Shown here one piece after another: positions 35,833 to 44,817 of a DNA stretch of 64,000 bases. Position 1 is the first letter of the stretch; every line of letters begins with the position of its first letter. The position numbers were made by a program, and so were the translations under genes. The notes beneath the pieces were generated by a model. The model saw nothing but the letters and a program-made list of their open reading frames with translations, did not search any database and was not told where the DNA came from. The stretch lies in the sequence record NC_019405.1; one strand, written 5' to 3'.

Positions 35833-36210
35833 ATGCGTCAGCCCAAGAAGACCGAGCAGGCCTATATCGTGTCGGGGACGTGGCCGTTCCCGTCCGACAT
35901 GCTACGCTATGACGACGCCCGCCCGGCGACCGAGGGCGACGCCAACCTGATCAAGGCCCTGGAGAGCGAGGACCCCTCGCTTTCGGACCTGCGCAACCGC
36001 GTCCAGATCAAGCTCATCCGCCCGGCCAACGGCCTGCCCGCCGTCAAGCGCTGGGAGTCCTTCCTCTGGAAGGTCGTGGGCGGCGACGAGGAGGTCGCGG
36101 CGGACGTGGCGTGGCGCGACGCCCTGGATAACCGCGACGCCCTGCGCAAGTCCGGCCTCGCCAAGCTGACCCCCGCCGAGCGCGCCGCGCTCAATCTCGA
36201 CATCCGCTAG
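35833..36210 (+). CDS. hypothetical phage protein, 125 aa
   Basis: AGGAGG SD; FPSDMLRYD motif. Confidence 0.75.
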   Translation: MRQPKKTEQAYIVSGTWPFPSDMLRYDDARPATEGDANLIKALESEDPSLSDLRNRVQIKLIRPANGLPAVKRWESFLWKVVGGDEEVAADVAWRDALDNRDALRKSGLAKLTPAERAALNLDIR

Positions 36211-36224
36211 GACAAGGAGGTCCC

Positions 36225-36710
36225 ATGCCCTGCAATTCCGAATATCAACAGCCCAACCAGCGCGAAGCCGAGTCCAAGAAGGTCGCCGGCCTGCTGGTCT
36301 ACGTCCACAACAAGCTGGGCCGCACCGACCTGCCGCGCAGCGTCGAGTTGGCCGCCACCACCTACTATGGCGCGCCCGAACGCTGCGATGAACTGACCGA
36401 ACGGCTCTGCTCGATGTTGCGCGACCTGACGGTCGAGGAGCAGAACGCGGTCCTCTACGACGGCCGCATCCCCAAGGCGCGCGAATTGGCCGACTGGTGG
36501 GAGCGCCACCAGGAGCATGACCGCCAGCGCGCCGAGGCCGAAGCCCGCGCCGCCAAGCCGACCCTGAAGCAAGCCGTCTCGGCGGTGATCGCCCAACTCG
36601 ACTATTCGGTCGACGGCAAGGTGTTCCCGACCGAGGGGAGCGATCAGCTTCCCCCGAAGCTGGCCAAGGCCCTGAACGACATGACCGACGCCTGGAACGA
36701 CGGGCGTTGA
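36225..36710 (+). CDS. hypothetical phage protein, 161 aa
   Basis: AAGGAGG SD; MPC...LC...WWERHQEHD motif. Confidence 0.75.
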   Translation: MPCNSEYQQPNQREAESKKVAGLLVYVHNKLGRTDLPRSVELAATTYYGAPERCDELTERLCSMLRDLTVEEQNAVLYDGRIPKARELADWWERHQEHDRQRAEAEARAAKPTLKQAVSAVIAQLDYSVDGKVFPTEGSDQLPPKLAKALNDMTDAWNDGR

Positions 36711-36727
36711 TCGTTGGCTCCGATGTG

Positions 36728-36757
36728 TTGACAAGAAGCGGCGGCCTCCTGTAGAAG
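36728..36757 (+). promoter_or_regulatory. sigma70-type promoter cassette
   Basis: GTGTTGACA-18-TAGAAG, ACGACAA at 36766-36772. Confidence 0.75.
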
Positions 36758-36786
36758 CATCCTCGACGACAACAGGAGGCCCCGCC

Positions 36787-37281
36787 TTGACCGACACCAT
36801 CGCGCCCGGAACCGAGTTCGAAGACGCCGTCGCCCTCGGCGTCGAGATCATTCAGACCAAGCCGCCGCACCTGACCGCCCGCGAGGCGGTCGAGAAGTTC
36901 CAGCACCAGCCGGATGAGTTCCGCCTGCTGGCGACCCGCTTCAACAAGGCGACCGCCGCCTTGCCGGCGGTGGTCCATGGCCACCAGTTGCAGTCGACCT
37001 GCGCCCAGTGGGTGCTCGACTCGGCGCAGCGGTTGATCGACCTGCCGTTCGAGACGATCGAGCAGCGCGTGGAGTTCTACGCCAAGCAGATGACGCTCCC
37101 GGCCTATGGCTACCTGATGGATCGCTACAAGGACCGGCTCGACGCCAAGATCGCCATCGTCCGAGCCTGCCTGGAAGACCGCAACCATGTCGGAGCCAGC
37201 TACAATCTCGGCATCCTGGAAGAGGATTTCCAGGAGATGGTCGATCGTCACGACGATCTGGTCTCGGACGGCTACCCTTGA
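36787..37281 (+). CDS. hypothetical protein, 164 aa
   Basis: AGGAGG SD, TTG start. Confidence 0.7.
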   Translation: MTDTIAPGTEFEDAVALGVEIIQTKPPHLTAREAVEKFQHQPDEFRLLATRFNKATAALPAVVHGHQLQSTCAQWVLDSAQRLIDLPFETIEQRVEFYAKQMTLPAYGYLMDRYKDRLDAKIAIVRACLEDRNHVGASYNLGILEEDFQEMVDRHDDLVSDGYP

Positions 37282-37288
37282 TGGGCGC

Positions 37289-37317
37289 TTGCAGCCGTCA
37301 CAACTCCAGCCTAGCTT
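37289..37317 (+). promoter_or_regulatory. possible sigma70-type promoter
   Basis: TTGCAG-17-TAGCTT upstream of 37354. Confidence 0.45.
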
Positions 37318-37353
37318 CCTCGCGCCGCACTGACGCGGTCATGAGGATTCGAA

Positions 37354-37614
37354 ATGGACAGGCTGAAAGTCAAACTCTTCGCCAAGGGAATTCATACCTC
37401 GGCCGAGGCCCTGGTCGATGCGATCGCGGCGCTCCCCGAGGGTCCGGAGAAGGACGCGGTGGTCGCGGCCGAACAGCAGCTTCATGCCCGCCTCAACTGG
37501 GGCGCGGCGAAGGCCGGCGAGTTCTTCGGGGACGAATCGATCTCGCTCCTGGCGCGCCGTCGCACCGGCGGCGAAGACAAGCCGGACGCTCCGGAAGTTC
37601 CGCCCGGCGGCTGA
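37354..37614 (+). CDS. hypothetical protein, 86 aa
   Basis: GAGGA SD. Confidence 0.7.
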   Translation: MDRLKVKLFAKGIHTSAEALVDAIAALPEGPEKDAVVAAEQQLHARLNWGAAKAGEFFGDESISLLARRRTGGEDKPDAPEVPPGG

Positions 37615-37624
37615 CGGGTGCGTC

Positions 37625-38125
37625 ATGGGTCTGACGGGCTGCGCCTTCGCGGCCCTGACGACCGGCTCGGTCGCCTACGCGATCGACCGTGGCGGCAAGG
37701 CGCTGAAGCTCAGCGCCTTCCTGCTGCTGGCGTCCTGGGCGTTCTCGGTCACCCTGGGGCAGACCCTACACGCAGGCATGAAGCCCTATGTCTATGCCTG
37801 GGTCGACGCCCTGTTCGCCGGCGCGATGGGGATATTGATCTCCGCCCGGCTCCAGCGCTGGCGGGTCGCCCTCTTCACCCTGGCGATCGCCCAGATGGGC
37901 CTCCACCTGATCATGATCGGGGGCTGGGATTTCTCGCTGCACGCGCGGCGCCTCCACGTCCTGGCCCTCAACCTGACCTACGGCCTGGAACTCTTCGTCC
38001 TGACGATCGGGGCGCGGACCTATCGCGTCGAGGTCGAGGACGACATGCCGGCGCTGATCGAGGCTGACGGTCCCGGACCCGGCTGGCTTGAATGTGTTGA
38101 CAAAGCCAGAGAGCCCGTCCTATAA
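37625..38125 (+). CDS. multi-pass membrane protein, 166 aa
   Basis: start moved to ATG 37625; about five hydrophobic segments. Confidence 0.7.
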   Translation: MGLTGCAFAALTTGSVAYAIDRGGKALKLSAFLLLASWAFSVTLGQTLHAGMKPYVYAWVDALFAGAMGILISARLQRWRVALFTLAIAQMGLHLIMIGGWDFSLHARRLHVLALNLTYGLELFVLTIGARTYRVEVEDDMPALIEADGPGPGWLECVDKAREPVL

Positions 38126-38126
38126 G
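38097..38126 (+). promoter_or_regulatory. sigma70-type promoter cassette
   Basis: GTGTTGACA-18-TATAAG, CCTCG-ACGACAA-CGAGG. Confidence 0.8.
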
Positions 38127-38154
38127 CTCCCTCGACGACAACGAGGAGGCCTCC

Positions 38155-38586
38155 ATGCCGAAGACAAGTCCCGCGACCCTCTCCCGCGCCCTGGCCTATC
38201 TGGCGATCACCGGCGGGACCTCCTGCCTGACCATCAACACCCGCGTGGCCATGCACCCCTACTACGATCTGGTTCCGCGCGTGGTCAAACTCGGCGAGAC
38301 CGAGTTGACCCTGCACGTCTACAAGCTCAACGCCGAGGGCAAGGCCCTGGCCGAGAAGAGCCGCCTGTGGCGCGGGCACCAGAAGCTCCTCGACATGGGC
38401 TTCCAGTTCAAGAAGAACCGCCGGCGCCAATCGTCGCGCTTCCTGCCCTACGATCACGCCGAGCACATGTGCCGCAACGACCGTCGCGGCGCTTTCATCT
38501 CCGGCGACCACGTCTACGCCCAGCCGGCGCCGGGGCAGACGCCTGAAGGCAAGAAGGACTGGGACTACATCGAGGTGAGCCTGTGA
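38155..38586 (+). CDS. hypothetical protein, 143 aa
   Basis: GAGGAGG SD after promoter. Confidence 0.75.
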   Translation: MPKTSPATLSRALAYLAITGGTSCLTINTRVAMHPYYDLVPRVVKLGETELTLHVYKLNAEGKALAEKSRLWRGHQKLLDMGFQFKKNRRRQSSRFLPYDHAEHMCRNDRRGAFISGDHVYAQPAPGQTPEGKKDWDYIEVSL

Positions 38587-38942
38587 GCGCGCGCACCGCG
38601 ACCGACATCCTGATCGCCGCCGCCGAACTCCTGGAGACGCAGGGCTGGGGCCAGGGCACCGCCGTGGTCGACACCGCCGACATCGGCGGCGCCCTCTGCG
38701 CCAATATCGCGCTGGGTCACGCCTCGGTCCGCATCGACCCAAAGGACTACGCCGCCTACACCAGCGCCCAGGTCGCCCTCCTGAAGCATCTGGACATCGA
38801 CTTGGGTCCGGCGCTGCTCCAGAAGACGACCAAGGCCAGCCTGATCATCGAGTGGAACGACGCGCCCGAGCGCACCGCCCGCGAGGTGATCGACGCCCTG
38901 CGCGGCGCGGCCAACACGCTTGGCCGGGAGGTGCAGCCTTGA
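38583..38942 (+). CDS. DUF6197-like protein, copy 1
   Basis: L.AAAELLE.QGWGQG...ALC...WND.PERT..EVIDALR. Confidence 0.7.
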   Translation: MSARTATDILIAAAELLETQGWGQGTAVVDTADIGGALCANIALGHASVRIDPKDYAAYTSAQVALLKHLDIDLGPALLQKTTKASLIIEWNDAPERTAREVIDALRGAANTLGREVQP

Positions 38943-39319
38943 TCACCCCCGTCCAGCAAATCCTCACCGACGCGGCCGTCCTGCTCGAAGAGCGCGGCTG
39001 GGGCCAGGGCAACGACACGATCCGGACGGCCGACCAGGGCGGCGCCATGTGCCTCAACCTCGCCCTGGGCGCGGCGCCTAACGAGGACTTGGCGACCTTC
39101 CGCGCGGCCCAGTACGCCCTCATCAACCATCTGGGCCTGGAGGTGGTCACCGAATATGACCGCTTCGCCGGCCTGATGCGGGAGATGCCGGGCGTGACCC
39201 TGGTCAACTGGAACGACGCGCCGGGGCGAACCGCCCGCGAGGTGATCGACGCCCTGCGGGCCACGGCGCTGTCGGTGGTGGTCGACGCCCTGGCGGCGGC
39301 AGAAGAGGTCATGGCCTGA
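38939..39319 (+). CDS. DUF6197-like protein, copy 2
   Basis: TTG 38939; same motifs as copy 1 with near-identical DNA over WND...EVIDALR. Confidence 0.7.
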   Translation: MITPVQQILTDAAVLLEERGWGQGNDTIRTADQGGAMCLNLALGAAPNEDLATFRAAQYALINHLGLEVVTEYDRFAGLMREMPGVTLVNWNDAPGRTAREVIDALRATALSVVVDALAAAEEVMA

Positions 39320-39663
39320 TGCCGCGTCCTGCCCACCGCCGCCACGCCCTTTACCTGCTGGTCGTCAGTTGCGGCCCGCTGGTGATCATGAAGGGGCCGG
39401 AGGCCTTCACCCCCTGGCCGGTCCTGCGCAAGGCGATCCTCAAGACCATGCGCGAGGCGCACGGGCTGAAGGCCTCCGAGGTTTCGGCCGTCGAGGGTCT
39501 GGCCGATCCGCGCAGCGAAGACCCGCAAGACCGTAACGCCGTCGAGAAGTTCGCCGCCGCCTTCGCCGGCTCGGACAACTTCCCGGCCTTCCATCTCTAC
39601 GCCTGGACTGGCGAAGGCTTCGCCCTGGTCCGCGCCCCTCTGGAACAGGAGACCGCCGCTTGA
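39319..39663 (+). CDS. hypothetical protein, 114 aa
   Basis: TGATG coupling. Confidence 0.65.
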   Translation: MPRPAHRRHALYLLVVSCGPLVIMKGPEAFTPWPVLRKAILKTMREAHGLKASEVSAVEGLADPRSEDPQDRNAVEKFAAAFAGSDNFPAFHLYAWTGEGFALVRAPLEQETAA

Positions 39664-40193
39664 CCCCGACCGATGAGCTTTTGAACCGCGCCGCCCAGCG
39701 CCTGGAACAGCGTGGCGGGCGAGACGCCTACAGCGCCCTGCTCGACGTCTCGCAAGGCGGCGAGAGCATCGCCGAGGCCTTGGAGGCGGTGATCCTCCAC
39801 CTGGGCCTGCCCTATGATCCGACCCGTCGTCTGCGCGGGCCGGTCCTGCGCTGGTGCCTCGCCGAGGACCGCACCCAGACCCAGGTGCTGGGCGCCCTGC
39901 GCGGCGCGGCCCTGTCCATCAAAAAGGCCCGCATGAGGGACCCCTACGAGATCATCAACGGCTGGTGGTGGCTGAGCTTCGCCGACGACACCGGCTTCCT
40001 GGGCGTGGCGGTCCTGCACGCCGAGAGCTTCGACGCGGCGCTGCGCAAGAGCGGCGCCACCGGGCTCAATCCGGGCGGCTCGGTTCAGGGCGTGCCCCTC
40101 CCCGAGGAGTACGTCCCGGCCGAGCCTTATCGCAATCGCCTGCTGAACGCGGCCGAGGCCATCTCCGCCGGCGGGATCAAGGTGAGCGCATGA
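39660..40193 (+). CDS. apparent fusion: degenerate DUF6197-like N-terminus plus WWLSFAD...NPGG domain
   Basis: LLNRAAQRLEQRG...W..AEDRT..QVLGALRGAA, then WWLSFAD..GFLGV...GLNPGG. Confidence 0.6.
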   Translation: MTPTDELLNRAAQRLEQRGGRDAYSALLDVSQGGESIAEALEAVILHLGLPYDPTRRLRGPVLRWCLAEDRTQTQVLGALRGAALSIKKARMRDPYEIINGWWWLSFADDTGFLGVAVLHAESFDAALRKSGATGLNPGGSVQGVPLPEEYVPAEPYRNRLLNAAEAISAGGIKVSA

Positions 40194-40669
40194 CCGAGGC
40201 CCGCATCTACAACGGCGCGGCCGGCGCCATCTTCATCCGCAACCCCAAGTACGGGGTGATCGAGACCGACTCCCTGGTGGTGATCGACCGCCCGGACGAC
40301 CTCGACCATCACGGCCTGATCGGGCGCCTCCACATCCAGCCCGGCATGGACACGGTGATCGTCAAGGCCGGCGTCGTCCACGTCAACGTCTATCCGTGTC
40401 AGGTCCGCCCGCTGAAGCTGGGCGAGCGGATCGGCGATCCCGAGGCCAACGCCCACCTCAACCAGATCGCCGAGATGGTCGGCGAGGGCGAGGACGTCGG
40501 GGCGGCCTGGGAGAGCGTCCAGGCGATCATCACCGAGCGGGACAACCTCAAGACGGCGGCCGAGCGCGTGCGCGACTGCCTGCGGTCGGCCAACCTGACC
40601 GACTCGATGCAGGATGTCCGCCACGAGATCGAGACGGCCGCCAATTTCATCGCCGAGGTCCTGTCATGA
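40190..40669 (+). CDS. hypothetical protein, 159 aa
   Basis: start moved to ATG 40190. Confidence 0.7.
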   Translation: MTEARIYNGAAGAIFIRNPKYGVIETDSLVVIDRPDDLDHHGLIGRLHIQPGMDTVIVKAGVVHVNVYPCQVRPLKLGERIGDPEANAHLNQIAEMVGEGEDVGAAWESVQAIITERDNLKTAAERVRDCLRSANLTDSMQDVRHEIETAANFIAEVLS

Positions 40670-41274
40670 AGGTCCCGCTGAAGCAATGCCCGCCCGGCCC
40701 GTTCCTCTATGAGGGCGTCCTGGGGTTCAAGACCGAGTACGGGGCGATGTCCACGCGCGAGCTTCCGAGCCCGCCGCTCTCGGGACGTCACCAGCGCGAG
40801 TGGTACGTCACCGACCACGCCGACGCCTATTGCATGTCGTCCGGCGAGGCCTTCTGGGCGGACGCCAAGTCGCGTGAGGAGCGGGACGAACTCCTGGTCC
40901 AGCCGCTCTACGAGGGCTGGCTGAAGCTCAACCGTCCGAGCGATCGCGAGCAGCCCTCGGCGGCCGTGCTGCGCGAGGCGATCGACACGGCCCTGGTCCA
41001 GATCAGCGGTGGTCTCTGCTACTTCACGGCCGAGGCCAAGCACGCCCAGCTTCGCGACGCCGAGAAGACCCTGGAGCGGGCGCTGAACGGCGGCGAGACC
41101 CCGTTCGAAAAGCGCGTCTACGGCGAAGAGCCGGCGGCCGACTGGAGCCTGGAGCTTCACGTCTTCCACGCCGCCAACAACCCCGACCTGCCGCAGGCCA
41201 CGCGGGAGCTTCTCAAGACCCTGTGGAAGGCCTACTGCGAGATGGAACAACGCTGCGAAGGAGCCTCGACATGA
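40666..41274 (+). CDS. hypothetical protein, 202 aa
   Basis: start moved to ATG 40666; L..CPPGPF...FKTEYG...SGEAFW. Confidence 0.7.
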   Translation: MKVPLKQCPPGPFLYEGVLGFKTEYGAMSTRELPSPPLSGRHQREWYVTDHADAYCMSSGEAFWADAKSREERDELLVQPLYEGWLKLNRPSDREQPSAAVLREAIDTALVQISGGLCYFTAEAKHAQLRDAEKTLERALNGGETPFEKRVYGEEPAADWSLELHVFHAANNPDLPQATRELLKTLWKAYCEMEQRCEGAST

Positions 41275-41819
41275 ACATTCTGCAAGACCTCCTCGCCCAC
41301 CCGGAGAACATGACGGACGCCTACGCGTCCTGCATCTCGATGCGGATCGGCGACACCCTAGCCAGCCCTCGGCGTCAGGACCTCTTTGATCTGGCGACCA
41401 CCCTGACCTCGATCTCGCACGCCCTGCTGGCCCAGGCCCCGCAGGAGGTGCGCAACGTCCTGATCCATGACAAGGGCGACATGGGCGATCCGGTCATGGT
41501 CGCCTTCCGCCTCGGGCAGTTGTCGATGGCCGGCGAGATCATGGGTTACGAGGCCAGCCGCCGGGCCGATGACGACATCATCGAGGTGGTTCGCGCCCAT
41601 CGCGGGTTCCTCGCCGACATCGCCGCCGGCCGCAACACCCAGCGCGAACTCGCCGCCCAGTTCGGGATGTCGGGTCGGGAGGTCCGCGTCACCCTGCGGC
41701 TCCTCGGGAGCAAGGGCCTCGTCAACACCGTGCTCGGCAAGAAGGTCGGCGAGTTCGAGGCCCGGCTGACGCCACTGGCCGAATCGGTGCTCGACCAGAT
41801 CAGGAGGGCCGCCGCATGA
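41271..41819 (+). CDS. winged-helix (MarR-like) DNA-binding protein, 182 aa
   Basis: start moved to ATG 41271; TQRELAAQFGMSGREVRVTLRLLGSKGLV...RLTPL. Confidence 0.7.
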   Translation: MNILQDLLAHPENMTDAYASCISMRIGDTLASPRRQDLFDLATTLTSISHALLAQAPQEVRNVLIHDKGDMGDPVMVAFRLGQLSMAGEIMGYEASRRADDDIIEVVRAHRGFLADIAAGRNTQRELAAQFGMSGREVRVTLRLLGSKGLVNTVLGKKVGEFEARLTPLAESVLDQIRRAAA

Positions 41820-42172
41820 GCGAGGGCGCCAAGCGCAAGCGGGCCGCCCGGCGCGCGCCGCAAAAGACGCTGATCGAAAAGCTCGACACGATTCTCGACG
41901 AGAGCCTCGCCGGGATCGAGCATCCCTCGCAGGTGGCGATCAATGTCTGCGTGCCCCGCGCGGACCTTCAGGAGGCCGTCAGGGGCCTGAAGCTGCGGGA
42001 GGTGTCCACCGGCCTGCCCGAGGACTTCCTGGTCGCCTGGGACGATCTGCGGCGGGCGATCACCGCCGTCGAGACCGCCAGCCTCTACTCGATCGGCGAG
42101 GCCGTCCGCTGGCTGGAGGAAGAGCGCATGAAGTTCGACGCCAAGGTTCGCGACACGGCAAGGTACGCATGA
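41816..42172 (+). CDS. hypothetical protein, 118 aa
   Basis: ATGA coupling. Confidence 0.7.
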   Translation: MSEGAKRKRAARRAPQKTLIEKLDTILDESLAGIEHPSQVAINVCVPRADLQEAVRGLKLREVSTGLPEDFLVAWDDLRRAITAVETASLYSIGEAVRWLEEERMKFDAKVRDTARYA

Positions 42173-42495
42173 CTCCCAAGACCTTCATCGACAAGCTGCG
42201 GGTCGGCGCTCAGAAGGCGCTCGCTCGCTCCAGGGCCTGGACGCCCGAGGAGAACATCGTGCTCCAGACCCTGGTCTGGGCGCCGGCCAACATCCAGCAG
42301 CGCTCGGACCTCTATGTGGCGGGCGTCATGCGCGGCATGCTGGCCCTGATCTCGACCATGAGCGGCAAGGTCTCCGAGGAGATCAAGACCCTCCTGTGGA
42401 TGGCCGGCGAGGCGACCGAGACCAACGCGCCCGTGCCGGATGATCAGGTCCTGACGGCGCTGGCGGCCCTCGACGGCCTGCATGCGAGGGGCTGA
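42169..42495 (+). CDS. hypothetical protein, 108 aa
   Basis: ATGA coupling. Confidence 0.7.
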   Translation: MTPKTFIDKLRVGAQKALARSRAWTPEENIVLQTLVWAPANIQQRSDLYVAGVMRGMLALISTMSGKVSEEIKTLLWMAGEATETNAPVPDDQVLTALAALDGLHARG

Positions 42496-42890
42496 TGGTC
42501 AGCGCCTACCAGCAATCGCTCAACGCCCAGGCCTCGGGTCTGTCGACCCAGGCTGATCCGCTCGCCCGAGGCTATTGGAAGAACGGCCAGTGGGTGCGCA
42601 ACTCGCTGCACGATCGCCTCAAGGCCTACATCGCCAGGGTCCCAGACGTGGAGTTCCATCGCTACTCGACGCGCCCGGCCGGCTCAATCACCGTCGCGGG
42701 CATCTCGCCGAACGCCTATGTCCCGGTCACCGACCAGAGGAGCCCGCCGGCCCCGTTCAGCAAGGACAGATGGTGCTACATGCCCAAGACGATGCGCGCC
42801 CTGGTCGAGGCCGGCGTCCTGATGGTCGCCAGCCTCGACGTCCAGATGGACGGCAGCACCAAGGTGGCGATCTACAAGCCGGTGCGCTGA
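42495..42890 (+). CDS. hypothetical protein, 131 aa (repeated-family motif)
   Basis: TGATG coupling; KTMRALVEAGVLMV..D. Confidence 0.7.
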   Translation: MVSAYQQSLNAQASGLSTQADPLARGYWKNGQWVRNSLHDRLKAYIARVPDVEFHRYSTRPAGSITVAGISPNAYVPVTDQRSPPAPFSKDRWCYMPKTMRALVEAGVLMVASLDVQMDGSTKVAIYKPVR

Positions 42891-43168
42891 TGCGACGGTT
42901 CATGCGCGCCCCCAGCCTGTCGACCTATCCGATCCCCTACCAGCTTGAGCGCTACCTGCTCAACAACCGCGACGTGCGGCTGGTGCGCTGCCGTGACGGC
43001 TGGCGTCTCCAGGGCCGAACCGGCGTCTTCCACCGATCCCGTGTACCCGGCACCGGGCGCTACTCCTGGCGGTCGGTGGCGATCTGCCTGGATAGCCTCT
43101 GCGTGGTCGAGAGCTATGACGAGACCATGCGCCCCGACGTTGTCGGGCTCGCCAAGGACGTGGTGTGA
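42890..43168 (+). CDS. hypothetical protein, 92 aa
   Basis: start moved to ATG 42890. Confidence 0.65.
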   Translation: MRRFMRAPSLSTYPIPYQLERYLLNNRDVRLVRCRDGWRLQGRTGVFHRSRVPGTGRYSWRSVAICLDSLCVVESYDETMRPDVVGLAKDVV

Positions 43169-43530
43169 TGGTCTGGTGGGACCCTCAGGCGCGGGTCAAG
43201 AGTCACTGGTCCTATGATCCGAAGGACGGCACGCGCCCCTATTACATGTTCGACGGCCGGCGCTACAAGAGCGCCATCGCCGCCGCCACCGCCGAGGTGC
43301 TGAGCAATCGCCTGTGGGCGTTGTTCGACGTCCTCCCGATCCTGCTGCGCTGCGCCGACGGCTCCTATGTCGTCGACTGCGAACCGATCGGGAGCGAGCC
43401 GCACCTGCCGGCCCCGGACATCCGGGTCTCCAAGCGCATCGCGCTTGGGCTGGTCGAGGCCGGGCTGCTGCTGATCACCGAGTACAACGAGCGCGGCGTC
43501 CCTGACCGCCTGGAGCTTGCCGCCACATGA
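43168..43530 (+). CDS. hypothetical protein, 120 aa (repeated-family motif)
   Basis: TGATG coupling; RVSKRIALGLVEAGLLLITEYNERG. Confidence 0.7.
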   Translation: MVWWDPQARVKSHWSYDPKDGTRPYYMFDGRRYKSAIAAATAEVLSNRLWALFDVLPILLRCADGSYVVDCEPIGSEPHLPAPDIRVSKRIALGLVEAGLLLITEYNERGVPDRLELAAT

Positions 43531-43793
43531 GAGGCCTTCCCAAGCCCGCCGAGGTCCAGCTTCGCCGGTACCTCCAGGGCGGTCACTTCAAGCACCTGAT
43601 CCGGGCCTATCGCGGCTGGCGGCCCTACAATCCCGCCACCGGGACCATCCACGTCGACAAGCGGTTCTCGACCAAGACGGTCCAGCGGGCCGTCAGCGCC
43701 GGCACGCTCGACGTCTACGAGTTCGACGAGGAGGGGCAGGTCCAGGTCTACGCCCTCGGCGCCCAGTTCCTCGGCTGGAAGTCCTCGTCATGA
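43527..43793 (+). CDS. hypothetical protein, 88 aa (repeated-family motif)
   Basis: RFSTKTVQRAVSAGTLDVYEFDEEG. Confidence 0.7.
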   Translation: MRGLPKPAEVQLRRYLQGGHFKHLIRAYRGWRPYNPATGTIHVDKRFSTKTVQRAVSAGTLDVYEFDEEGQVQVYALGAQFLGWKSSS

Positions 43794-44098
43794 CCCCGCA
43801 CGAAAAGGCGATGACCAAGTCGGTGATGCGCATCTGCGACGATATCCGCATGGTCGGCGGCGGGACGGGCGAGGCGACCGCGCTCTGGAAGTTCGTCTAT
43901 CGCCCGGCGATCGAGCCGGGGCGCGCCGGGCGCTACGCCTTCGTGACGGCCAAGCGCGACATGCCCTTGCCAATGCGGACCGCCAGGGGTTATCGTCGCT
44001 GCGAGATGGAGGCGGTGGTCGACGTCGGCTATGCGGGGCTGCGCCCCGTGGCCTGGGACGAAACTGGCCGTGTCCTGGAGTATCGGGGTCGGGCGTGA
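43790..44098 (+). CDS. hypothetical protein, 102 aa
   Basis: start moved to ATG 43790. Confidence 0.65.
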   Translation: MTPHEKAMTKSVMRICDDIRMVGGGTGEATALWKFVYRPAIEPGRAGRYAFVTAKRDMPLPMRTARGYRRCEMEAVVDVGYAGLRPVAWDETGRVLEYRGRA

Positions 44099-44715
44099 AG
44101 GCCGATTGGCGCGAGACATTGGCGGTCGCTTTTGACCGGCCTCTTCCGGCTGCGGACGAGGTCAAGGACCCCTACGCCTTCGATCCCACCGCGCCGGCCA
44201 TCATCCTCGACTTCGCCACCCCGCCCGAGCCGCCGCCCGAGAACGAATATCGTTGGCTGGCCCTGGACGCGGCGGGCGAACCGCTGGGGGAGTTCTGGAC
44301 CATCCCGCTGGCGGCCGAGGGGCTCGCCCATATCCTCTATCCAGGCCACGCCCAGATCGTGCGGGGCAACGCCACCAGCCGCCTGCGGGCCAAGCGCCTG
44401 TCGCGCCTCTGCGAAGCCCAGAACTGGCGCTGCTGCTACTGCTACGGGGTGATGCGCCTGCCGGTCGAGTGCCTGCCCCAGGCGCCGGACATGGCGACCC
44501 TGGAGCACCTGCACCGCCAGACCGACGGCGGCGGCGGGCGGCTGGACAATCTGGTCGCCGCCTGCGCGTCCTGCAACTCCCATCGGGGCGGCTTCACGCC
44601 GCTGAAGTGGTGGAAGGTCCGCCAGCGCCTGCTCCCGGTCTGGCCCGCCTGCACGACGATGACCGAGGCCGCCCGATACAATCTGCGCGGCTATGGCCCG
44701 CTGCGGGCCGGCTAG
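44095..44715 (+). CDS. HNH endonuclease
   Basis: CCYC...ATLEHL...GG..LDNLVAACASCNSHRG. Confidence 0.85.
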   Translation: MKADWRETLAVAFDRPLPAADEVKDPYAFDPTAPAIILDFATPPEPPPENEYRWLALDAAGEPLGEFWTIPLAAEGLAHILYPGHAQIVRGNATSRLRAKRLSRLCEAQNWRCCYCYGVMRLPVECLPQAPDMATLEHLHRQTDGGGGRLDNLVAACASCNSHRGGFTPLKWWKVRQRLLPVWPACTTMTEAARYNLRGYGPLRAG

Positions 44716-44720
44716 GTTGA

Positions 44721-44768
44721 ACAACCGTTTTTGGTTGTATTTCCGGAATACAACCGTTTTTTGGTTGT
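44721..44768. repeat. two tandem palindromic ACAACCG-T5/6-GGTTGT boxes (operator-like)
   Basis: 44721-44738 and 44750-44768, separated by near-palindromic TATTTCCGGAATA, just upstream of a -35 box. Confidence 0.8.
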
Positions 44769-44780
44769 AGCGCGACTGTG

Positions 44781-44810
44781 TTGACAGAGTTTACAGAACC
44801 GGGCTAGACC
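44781..44810 (+). promoter_or_regulatory. sigma70-type promoter (very short leader)
   Basis: GTGTTGACA-18-TAGACC directly followed by GGAGG and ATG 44818. Confidence 0.65.
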
Positions 44811-44817
44811 GGAGGCC

